Assembly: GCA_029267415.1 (NCBI GenBank)
Contig: JAJUIY010000001.1
Span: 1 to 46,525 of the forward strand
Direction of reading: 5' to 3'
DNA length: 46,525 nucleotides
From: Alcaligenaceae bacterium
GTDB taxonomy: Bacteria > Pseudomonadota > Gammaproteobacteria > Burkholderiales > Burkholderiaceae_B
The notes under the pieces were generated by a model, which did not search any database, was not told the DNA's origin, and saw only the letters and a program-made list of their open reading frames with translations. The translations under genes were made by a program, and so were the position numbers. Within the stretch, counting starts at the first letter, position 1, and every line of letters starts with the position of its first letter. Positions 39,254 to 46,525 of this stretch are shown in pieces.

Positions 39254-40480
39254 ATGCTGTATGACCTCCACGAACTGCAACGCGCCTTGCTCAGCCCGCT
39301 GGCGGCCTTTACTGACACCAGCTCGCGCTTATTCTCCCATCCGTTAAGCCCGCTCAGCTATACGCCGCTGTCGCGGCAGATCTCGGCCACCTACGAGCTG
39401 GTACACCGGCTGGGTAAAGAATACGAGAAACCTGCCTGGGGCTTGGCGTCAACAGAGATCAACGGCAAACAGGTTGCAGTGTCCGAGCACGTGGTGGCCA
39501 ACAAGCCGTTTTGCAAGCTGGTGCATTTCGCACGCGAGGACGCCGAATCACGCGGCCCCGACCCCCGCATTTTGCTGGTGGCCCCGCTTTCCGGACATCA
39601 CGCCACGCTGCTACGCGACACGGTTCGCGCCCTGCTTCCCCGCCATGAAGTCTATGTGACCGATTGGGTCGATGCCCGCATGGTGCCGCTTGAGCACGGC
39701 GCATTTCATCTGAACGACTACGTGCGCTATGTGCAGGACTTCGTTCGCCAACTTGGCCCTGATGTACACGTGATGGCGGTTTGCCAGCCGACGGTACCGG
39801 TGGTGGCGGCGGTATCGCTGATGGCGGCCAACCAAGATCCCTGTCGTCCACGCAGCATGATCCTGATGGGCGGTCCTGTGGATGCACGCGTATCCCCCAC
39901 GCAAGTTAACCGCCTTGCCACCACCAAGCCGTATTCGTGGTTTGAGAACACGGTCATCGACAAAGTGCCCGCCCGCTATCCGGGTGCCGGTCGGCTGGTG
40001 TACCCCGGTTTTCTGCAGCACGCCGGGTTTGTCGCCATGAATCCCGATCGCCACGTGAAGTCGCACTACGAGTTTTACCTGAGCTTGCTGGAAGGCGATG
40101 GCGACGACGCCGAAGCGCACCGCCGCTTCTACGACGAATACAATGCGGTGCTCGACATGCCCGCCGAGTTCTACCTTGACACCATCAAAATTGTTTTCCA
40201 GGAATACCAACTTGCCACTGGCGAGTGGGAAATAGACGGCGAAACGGTCAACCCCTCGGCCATTACCGACGTCGCCCTGTTTACGATCGAGGGCGAGTTG
40301 GACGACATTTCCGGCCAGGGTCAGACCAAAGCGGCTCAAACGCTTTGCAGTGCCATTCCAGAATCCAGGCGCCAGCATTACACGGCGCACGGTTGCGGGC
40401 ATTATGGCATTTTTTCCGGTCGACGCTGGCGCCAACGCATATGTCCTAAAATAGAAGCGTTTATACGCAACCTGCCCTGA
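39254..40480 (+). CDS. phaZ: Intracellular polyhydroxyalkanoate (PHB) depolymerase
   Basis: 408 aa. N-terminus MLYDLHELQRALLSPL and overall length/pattern match the intracellular PhaZ family as I recall it. Confidence 0.8.
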   Translation: MLYDLHELQRALLSPLAAFTDTSSRLFSHPLSPLSYTPLSRQISATYELVHRLGKEYEKPAWGLASTEINGKQVAVSEHVVANKPFCKLVHFAREDAESRGPDPRILLVAPLSGHHATLLRDTVRALLPRHEVYVTDWVDARMVPLEHGAFHLNDYVRYVQDFVRQLGPDVHVMAVCQPTVPVVAAVSLMAANQDPCRPRSMILMGGPVDARVSPTQVNRLATTKPYSWFENTVIDKVPARYPGAGRLVYPGFLQHAGFVAMNPDRHVKSHYEFYLSLLEGDGDDAEAHRRFYDEYNAVLDMPAEFYLDTIKIVFQEYQLATGEWEIDGETVNPSAITDVALFTIEGELDDISGQGQTKAAQTLCSAIPESRRQHYTAHGCGHYGIFSGRRWRQRICPKIEAFIRNLP

Positions 40481-40512
40481 CCCGGCCGGCACTGCCGACG
40501 CACTGACATAAC

Positions 40513-40538
40513 GGGGGCCGCCAGGCCCCCGGCTTTTT
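40513..40538 (+). terminator. Intrinsic terminator after phaZ
   Basis: GGGGGCC-gcca-GGCCCCC followed by GGCTTTTT. The T-tract ends 2 nt before the ATG of the next gene. Confidence 0.5.
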
Positions 40539-40540
40539 GT

Positions 40541-41176
40541 ATGCCCTCTTCTTCTAATTTGCTGATCGATGCCATCGACCGTGTGCTGCCCCAAACGCAG
40601 TGCACAAAGTGCGGCTTTGATGGTTGCCTGCCCTACGCGCAAGCTATCGCCAACGGCGAAGCAGCGATTAACCGCTGCCCGCCCGGCGGGGACGACGGCA
40701 TCCAGAAATTGGCCACCTTGCTTGACACCCCGGCCATCCCGCTCGACACCTCGCGTGGCGAGCACCTTCCTTTGCAGGTCGCCGTTATCGAAGAGGTTCA
40801 CTGCATCGGCTGCACGCTTTGCATCCAGGCCTGCCCGGTGGATGCCATTGTGGGCGCAAACAAGCTTATGCATACCGTTATTCCCGACCTGTGTACGGGG
40901 TGCGAACTGTGCGTGGCACCCTGCCCCGTTGACTGCATCGTTATGCAAGATGCCGGGCGGCCCTGGACCGATCACGACGCGGAATTGGCCCGCCAGCGCC
41001 ATCGCCAGCGCCAGGAACGGCTCACCGCCTTGCATAACGAAGAAACCGGCCCGGCCGCCCGTACGCTGTCGAACAAAGAAGCCGTGACCGAACTGGCCAA
41101 CAGTGACGCCGACACACGACAACAAATGATTGCACAAGCCCTGGCGCGTGCCCGGGCCCGACGACGAAAACCATGA
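40541..41176 (+). CDS. RnfB/RsxB-like 4Fe-4S ferredoxin
   Basis: 211 aa. N-terminal [30 protein letters not shown], then two CxxCxxCxxxCP motifs. Overlaps the nth start by 4 nt, the conserved rnfB-like-nth pair. Confidence 0.88.
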   Translation: MPSSSNLLIDAIDRVLPQTQCTKCGFDGCLPYAQAIANGEAAINRCPPGGDDGIQKLATLLDTPAIPLDTSRGEHLPLQVAVIEEVHCIGCTLCIQACPVDAIVGANKLMHTVIPDLCTGCELCVAPCPVDCIVMQDAGRPWTDHDAELARQRHRQRQERLTALHNEETGPAARTLSNKEAVTELANSDADTRQQMIAQALARARARRRKP

Positions 41177-41808
41177 ATCTGGCAAAACGCACCGAAATTT
41201 TCAGCCGCTTCCAGGCAGCCAACCCCCACCCGACCACCGAGCTGGAGTACGAAACCACCTTCCAGCTCCTGATTGCTGTCATCTTGTCGGCGCAAGCCAC
41301 CGACGTCTCCGTAAACCTGGCCACTCGGCGATTTTTCCCCACCCACGGCACCCCGCAAGGCATTCTTGACCTGGGGCTAGAGGCGCTCACCGAAAATATC
41401 AAAACGATTGGGTTGTACCGGACTAAAGCAGCCAACGTCATTAAAACGTGTCAAATTTTGCTGGACCAGTATGGCGGCGAAGTGCCCGATTCGCGCGAAG
41501 CCCTGGAAGCGCTGCCCGGCGTTGGCCGCAAAACCGCCAATGTGGTGCTGAACACCGCCTTTGGCCACCCGGTTATCGCCGTCGACACCCACATCTTCCG
41601 GGTCTCAAACCGAACGCGCATCGCCACCGGAAAAACAGTTCTGGAAGTCGAACGCAGGCTGGAACGCCTGATTCCCAAGCCGTTCTTGAAAGACGCCCAC
41701 CACTGGCTGATTTTGCACGGGCGCTACGTGTGTGTCGCACGCAAGCCAAAATGCCCGCAATGCGGCATTGCCGACCTGTGCGAATACAAAGATAAAACGC
41801 CCGCGTAA
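41173..41808 (+). CDS. nth: Endonuclease III
   Basis: 211 aa. HhH-GPD ([13 protein letters not shown]) and C-terminal 4Fe-4S loop [17 protein letters not shown]. Confidence 0.95.
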   Translation: MNLAKRTEIFSRFQAANPHPTTELEYETTFQLLIAVILSAQATDVSVNLATRRFFPTHGTPQGILDLGLEALTENIKTIGLYRTKAANVIKTCQILLDQYGGEVPDSREALEALPGVGRKTANVVLNTAFGHPVIAVDTHIFRVSNRTRIATGKTVLEVERRLERLIPKPFLKDAHHWLILHGRYVCVARKPKCPQCGIADLCEYKDKTPA

Positions 41809-42087
41809 GCGCTACCCCCTGGCGGGCTGCTCGTTTTACTCAATATTAAGCGTCGCGCGACAACAGTCGGAGTTCAAACCAGCCCCTTGGGCGACTGCTG
41901 CTTCATCAGGCCATTCGGGTAATGGCGTAACGGGGTAAAACCTGATAGCGCCGCCCCTTGCCATTCGTCATACTTTCACATACCGGTCTCCACTTCCTTC
42001 TCCAACTTTCCATCCCGACCGGCCACTGCAGGCTTCACTCCGATAAGCAATAAAACAAACACGGCACTGCCGAAAAGGAGGCCCAAG

Positions 42088-42819
42088 ATGCCTACTGCAG
42101 CTTTACAAGTCACGAACCTGCACGCCAACTGTGCGCAGGTTCCAGCCCTCAAGGGGGTTAGTCTATACGCCATGCCTGGTGAAGTCATTGTCCTGTTCGG
42201 GCGCGACGGATCGGGGCGGCAGATCATTCTGCAAGCCATTGCCGGCAACGCGACCGCGCGCCACGGCTCGGTCCGCATTATCGGAAAGGAAACCATCAAC
42301 GACGATAGTGATGAAATCACTCATCTTGGAGTGGGCATGCTGCCTTCCGCCGGCGGCATCTCCCCACACCTTACTTGCGAGGAAAATCTGCTGCTGCCGT
42401 GCATGGAAAATGACACCTTGGGCGGCGGCCTGTCATTAAGCGAAATCTACGAAGTGTGCCCGGACCTGAAGGAACTGCGCCACACACTGGGCACACGCTT
42501 ATCCGGCGCCGAAAAAAGGCTCCTGGCGATTGCACGTCTATTGCGCACCGGCAATACCGTTTTGTTGATGGACGATCTGTCCAACGGTCTGGCGCCGGTC
42601 ATGGCGCAGGCCTTTTCAAATCTGATTCTTAATCTAAAACAGCGAGGCTACACCATTATTATCGGGGCGCGGGATGTCGATTTCTGTGCCGCGCTGGCCG
42701 ATCGGTTCTACCTGATCGAAAACGGCAGCATCACCGATACATTTAATGCGGATGCGCTGGAGCGCAGGAAATCCCGGCTGCGGACGTCGTTAGTGGGCAG
42801 CTTGGCTGAAACGCATTAA
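42088..42819 (+). CDS. LivF-like ABC ATPase paralog with degenerate catalytic motifs
   Basis: 243 aa with a strong SD (AAGGAGG). Colinear with the neighbouring LivF, but Walker A reads GRDGSGRQ, the signature LSGAE, Walker B LLMDDL, and the LivF PE.R and EQN positions read PSAG and ARD. Confidence 0.75.
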   Translation: MPTAALQVTNLHANCAQVPALKGVSLYAMPGEVIVLFGRDGSGRQIILQAIAGNATARHGSVRIIGKETINDDSDEITHLGVGMLPSAGGISPHLTCEENLLLPCMENDTLGGGLSLSEIYEVCPDLKELRHTLGTRLSGAEKRLLAIARLLRTGNTVLLMDDLSNGLAPVMAQAFSNLILNLKQRGYTIIIGARDVDFCAALADRFYLIENGSITDTFNADALERRKSRLRTSLVGSLAETH

Positions 42820-42835
42820 TGCTCATGGCATGCTT

Positions 42836-42914
42836 CAAGCCGGGGCATGACGTGATTGCCGCGGGCGACTTCGCGTAAGCGCCAAGCCAAGGCAACGCGG
42901 CATGGCACGGCCCC
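42836..42914. repeat. Dispersed ~80-bp intergenic repeat, copy B
   Basis: CAAGCCGGGGCATGACGTGATTGCCGCGGGCGACTTCGCGTAAGCGCCAAGCCAAGGCAACGCGGCATGGCACGGCCCC. Matches 37087-37166. Confidence 0.9.
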
Positions 42915-42996
42915 TCCTTTAGGCACGGGCCATGACATGCCACAGGGTTGATTTCTTTACATGCCAAGGCCGTGCCGACGGGCGGGGGCGGTTTTG

Positions 42997-43773
42997 CTAA
43001 GCCATCATGCGTTCTTTGCCAGTCCCCAGCCCAAGGTAGCTTTCGATCACGCGGGGATCATTGGCGAGATCACTGGCGGGCCCTTCCAGAACGATTTCGC
43101 CCGTCTCCAGCACATACCCATAGTCGGCCACCTGCAATGCCGCCCGCGCATTTTGCTCGACCAGCAAAATGCCCACGCCCGTGCTACGCAGGCGCGAAAT
43201 AATCTGGAAGATTTCGCGTACGATTAGCGGTGCCAAACCCAGGCTGGGTTCGTCAAGCATCAGCAAGCGCGGCTGTGCCATCAGCGCACGCCCTACGGCC
43301 AGCATTTGCCGCTCACCGCCGGATAGGGTACCTGCGGCTTGCCATTTACGCTCGCGAAGGCGTGGGAAGAGATCGTAGACTTCTTCGATTGTGTTACGCC
43401 AGCCGGGCTTGCCGGCACGATACAGGCGGAAGCCGCCCAGCAACAGGTTGTCTTCCACCGACATGCTTGCGAAGAGTTCACGGCTTTCGGGCACCAGGGA
43501 AATGCCTTGTTCGACGCGTTGCTCGACGGCCCGATGGCCGATTTCGGCGCCCTGATATTGCACCGAGCCGGTGCAGCTTGCGTTGCGCGGCAATGAACCC
43601 ATGATGGAGTTAAGCAAGGTGGATTTTCCGGCTCCGTTGGCGCCGATAACCGTCACAATGCTGCCGCGCGTGACCTCCAGGTTTGCATCCATCACGGCAC
43701 TGACTTTGCCGTAACGTGAAGACAGGTTGCTTACGCGCAATACCTGCTCGCCGCCCGTGTTGTGAGCACTCAT
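42997..43773 (-). CDS. livF: Branched-chain amino acid ABC transporter ATP-binding protein (LivF type)
   Basis: 258 aa. Walker A GANGAGKST, signature LSGGERQ, Walker B LLMLDEP. Confidence 0.9.
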   Translation of the reverse strand: MSAHNTGGEQVLRVSNLSSRYGKVSAVMDANLEVTRGSIVTVIGANGAGKSTLLNSIMGSLPRNASCTGSVQYQGAEIGHRAVEQRVEQGISLVPESRELFASMSVEDNLLLGGFRLYRAGKPGWRNTIEEVYDLFPRLRERKWQAAGTLSGGERQMLAVGRALMAQPRLLMLDEPSLGLAPLIVREIFQIISRLRSTGVGILLVEQNARAALQVADYGYVLETGEIVLEGPASDLANDPRVIESYLGLGTGKERMMA

Positions 43774-45635
43774 GCTGCACCTCCGGCAGAAACGGTGGAT
43801 CCGGGCGCGGCGGGAGCGTGTGACGCCGAGGCATCATCGGCCGGAGCGTCGTCATCGACACCCCCAAGGTACGCTTCGAGCACGGCCGGGTTCTGTTGGA
43901 TTTCTTGCGGAGTGCCTTCGGCGATTTTTGTGCCAAAGTCCATCACCACGAGGTGGTCGGTCAGGTTCATCACAAAGTCCATGTCATGTTCGACCAGCAG
44001 TATGCTCATGCCTTCATCACGCAGTTGTGACAATACTTTGGCCAGCTCTTGTTTTTCGCGATAGCGAAGACCTGCAGCAGGTTCGTCAAGCAGCAACAAT
44101 ACCGGGTCAAGCGCCAGCGCACGTGCGATTTCCAGGATGCGTTGCTGACCCAATGCCAGGTTGCCGGCGTGTTCGTACAAATACTCGCCCAAGCCTACGC
44201 GTTCAAGCTGAACGGCCGCCTCGTGCAGCAGCTGGGCTTCTTCACGACGATCAACTTGCAATGCCGCAGACAGGACACCGGCGTTGCGGCGCAAGTGGGC
44301 GCCCAGGGCCACGTTTTCCAGAACTGTCATGTCGGGTAGTAATTGCACGTGCTGGAAGGTACGTCCAACACCCAGTTTGGCGATGTCACGTGCCAGCATG
44401 CCGTCAAGTCGCTTGCCCAGGAAGGTGACCTGGCCTGATGTGGCCGGCAATACCCCGGTGATCAGGTTAAAGGTGGTACTTTTACCGGCACCGTTGGGGC
44501 CGATCAACCCCATGATTTCACCGGCCTTGAGGGCAAAGCTGACATCATTGACGGCAACGAGACCGCCGAATTCTTTACGAATGTCCTGTACGTGCAGCAC
44601 CTGCGAATTAAGCTCCGGGCGTTGACGCTGGGGCAATGCATCGGCTAGCGGCGGCGGGGGGTCGCCACGACGCGGGCCGGCACGCCCGCCGGCGGATACC
44701 CACGCGTGCTGAAGCAAGGGCCACACGCCATTGCGCGCGTATTGCAGCACCAGTACCATCAAAATGCCAAATACGATGAGCTCGAAGTTTTGCTGCGTAT
44801 CGATGAGTTTGGGCAGGACGTTTTGAATTTGATCTTTCAGGGTCAGGATAAGACTGGAGCCGACAACCGCGCCCCATACACTGCCCGAGCCCCCCACCAC
44901 GGCCATGAACAGGTATTCAATACTGTAGTTGAGACCGAACGGACTGGGACTGACGGCCCGCTGCATATGCGCATACAACCAGCCTGACAAACACGCCAAC
45001 AACGCGGCATAGATAAAAATAACGGTTTTGTACCAAGCCATGTTGATGCCGAAGGATTCGGCCATACCGCCGCCGCTACGTAAGGCCCGGATGGCGCGCC
45101 CCGGTCGAGAATACAGCAGGTTTCGGGTGAGCAGCAGGGAAAGCAGCACGCACGCCCAGATCAAATAGTAAATTTGCCGACCACCTGCCAGCGATATCCC
45201 AAAGAAGCTAAGGGGAACAATGCCAGAAATACCGTCGTGCTGCCCCAAGAACTCGAGGTTGCCAAAAAGGTAGTACAGCGACAGGCTCCACGCAATGGTA
45301 CCCAGCGGCAAAAAGTGCCCGGACAAGCGCAGGGTAACGGCACCAATCAGCAACGCAATCAGGAAGGTGATGAACAGGCCCACCGGCAGCGCGCCCCAAG
45401 GCGACCAGCCCATGGCTTGCGTGAGCCAGGCGGTGGTGTACGCGCCCACGCCCACAAAGGCGGCCTGACCAAACGAGGTAAGCCCGCCAATACCGGTAAG
45501 CAATACCAGGCCCAATACCACCAAACTGGCCAGACCGATGTAATTAAGATGGGTAATCCAGAACTCCGGCGTAACCGGCAGCAAAGGCAGGCCGATCAGA
45601 ACTGCAACAACTAAAACAAGCAACAAGCGGTTCAT
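43770..45635 (-). CDS. Fused branched-chain amino acid ABC permease (LivM-like) and ATPase (LivG-like)
   Basis: 621 aa. The N-terminal ~330 aa are multi-TM. A Pro/Arg/Gly linker follows, then an ABC ATPase ([16 protein letters not shown] signature-like, LLLLDEP). Overlaps the livF start by 4 nt. Confidence 0.88.
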   Translation of the reverse strand: MNRLLLVLVVAVLIGLPLLPVTPEFWITHLNYIGLASLVVLGLVLLTGIGGLTSFGQAAFVGVGAYTTAWLTQAMGWSPWGALPVGLFITFLIALLIGAVTLRLSGHFLPLGTIAWSLSLYYLFGNLEFLGQHDGISGIVPLSFFGISLAGGRQIYYLIWACVLLSLLLTRNLLYSRPGRAIRALRSGGGMAESFGINMAWYKTVIFIYAALLACLSGWLYAHMQRAVSPSPFGLNYSIEYLFMAVVGGSGSVWGAVVGSSLILTLKDQIQNVLPKLIDTQQNFELIVFGILMVLVLQYARNGVWPLLQHAWVSAGGRAGPRRGDPPPPLADALPQRQRPELNSQVLHVQDIRKEFGGLVAVNDVSFALKAGEIMGLIGPNGAGKSTTFNLITGVLPATSGQVTFLGKRLDGMLARDIAKLGVGRTFQHVQLLPDMTVLENVALGAHLRRNAGVLSAALQVDRREEAQLLHEAAVQLERVGLGEYLYEHAGNLALGQQRILEIARALALDPVLLLLDEPAAGLRYREKQELAKVLSQLRDEGMSILLVEHDMDFVMNLTDHLVVMDFGTKIAEGTPQEIQQNPAVLEAYLGGVDDDAPADDASASHAPAAPGSTVSAGGAA

Positions 45636-45641
45636 GGCGAA

Positions 45642-46517
45642 TCAGTCCTCGTCCTCGATTTGCCGTGCGCCCAGCGAGCGCCACAACAACACCGGAATAA
45701 TCAGCGTAAATACGATGACCTCTTTATAGGCACTGGCCCAAAATGACGAGAACGCCTCTAGCACCCCGACAAAGATGGCACCGGCCGCTGCCACGGGATA
45801 GCTGATAAGCCCCCCGAAGATGGCCGCGACAAACCCTTTCAGGCCGATCAGGAAACCTGTGTCGTAGTAGATGGTGGTGACGGGCGCGATCAGCATGCCA
45901 GACAAGGCGCCAATACCTGCGGCAAGCGTGAAGGTAAGCTGACCCGACATATTTGTGCTGATGCCTACCAACCGCGCACCACGTCGGTTCACCGCCGTGG
46001 CACGCAAAGCGCGCCCATATAACGTGCGGCCAAAGAACAGCCAAAGACCGACGATAAGCGACACACACGTGCCCAGAACAAAGAAGGTTTGGGCTGACCA
46101 TGTCACCACACCGATGTTTATGGAGCCCTCTACAAAGGGCGGTGTGCGCCAGCCTTCGGCACCGAAGAACACGAGACCGATGCCGGTAAGGGCAAAATGC
46201 ACCGCGACGGAAACAATAAGAAGCACCAGCACGCTGGCTTCGGCCACCGGCTGATAAGCCAGCCGATACACCATGGGGCCCATTGGAATTACCAGTGCCA
46301 GCGACAACAGGATGTAAAGCCACAGCGGGGCGTCGGCCTGAACCACAGAGGGCACTACAAAATACAGCACGAGCGGCAACACCACTGTCCAGAGGGCGGT
46401 TTTGGGCAGACCAGACAAGTTTCGGCTGCGTAGCGCCGCCAATACGTCGAGCACAAAAACCAAAATACCGGTCAGGAGCAGCAAGGTAACGGTTCCGGGC
46501 ACACGCCCATTTACCAT
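45642..46517 (-). CDS. livH: Branched-chain amino acid ABC transporter permease (LivH-like)
   Basis: 291-aa multi-TM ORF directly upstream of the LivM/G fusion. The start lies 8 nt from the window edge, so the upstream context is unseen. Confidence 0.8.
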   Translation of the reverse strand: MVNGRVPGTVTLLLLTGILVFVLDVLAALRSRNLSGLPKTALWTVVLPLVLYFVVPSVVQADAPLWLYILLSLALVIPMGPMVYRLAYQPVAEASVLVLLIVSVAVHFALTGIGLVFFGAEGWRTPPFVEGSINIGVVTWSAQTFFVLGTCVSLIVGLWLFFGRTLYGRALRATAVNRRGARLVGISTNMSGQLTFTLAAGIGALSGMLIAPVTTIYYDTGFLIGLKGFVAAIFGGLISYPVAAAGAIFVGVLEAFSSFWASAYKEVIVFTLIIPVLLWRSLGARQIEDED

Positions 46518-46525
46518 GAATGCCA

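Noticed and set aside
39611-41185. A 524-aa minus-strand ORF spanning phaZ, the intergenic terminator and the rnfB-like gene.
   Set aside because: It is antisense to two plus-strand genes with clear family motifs. Its product is Gly/Arg/Ala/His/Val-rich with no recognisable motif, and no SD is visible. This is the typical shadow ORF of GC-rich DNA, where stop codons are rare in the antisense frame.
1-46525. A search for CRISPR arrays, tRNA/rRNA genes, IS elements, integrases, phage or defence-island genes.
   Set aside because: No regularly spaced direct repeats, no tRNA-like cloverleaf candidates in the intergenic gaps, and no ORFs with transposase, integrase or defence-system motifs were seen. 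The gene content is almost entirely housekeeping and syntenic.

Overview
This window looks like a core-chromosome segment of a GC-rich betaproteobacterium (about 60% GC, estimated by eye, not computed). From memory, the gene order matches Burkholderiales/Alcaligenaceae (Bordetella-Achromobacter relatives). The order is: lysR; lptF<>pepA-holC; a BI-1 family gene; rarD-PIN-recO-era-rnc-lepB-lepA; mucD-rseB-rseA-rpoE; fabF-acpP-fabG-fabD-fabH-plsX-rpmF-yceD; maf; rluC<>rne; accD-trpA-trpB; relA; pncB; fdxA; phaZ; rnfB-like-nth; livF-livMG-livH. I support 45 protein-coding genes, several intrinsic terminators, a long rne leader and a small family of intergenic repeats. I found no tRNA/rRNA genes, CRISPR array, transposase, integrase or phage genes, and no convincing novel multi-gene system. 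The best leads are single-gene or non-coding oddities inside conserved operons. (1) An antitoxin-less PIN-domain nuclease gene is translationally coupled between recO and rarD, at the end of the lepA-rnc-era-recO operon. (2) An uncharacterised two-TM protein ORF fills the whole fabF-rpoE spacer and overlaps the rpoE start codon. (3) A LivF-like ABC ATPase paralog with all catalytic motifs degenerate lies convergent to the liv operon. (4) An ~80-bp near-identical repeat occurs in two convergent-gene junctions, surrounded by related short motifs. Many long antisense ORFs in the ORF track are GC-driven shadow ORFs and were rejected.
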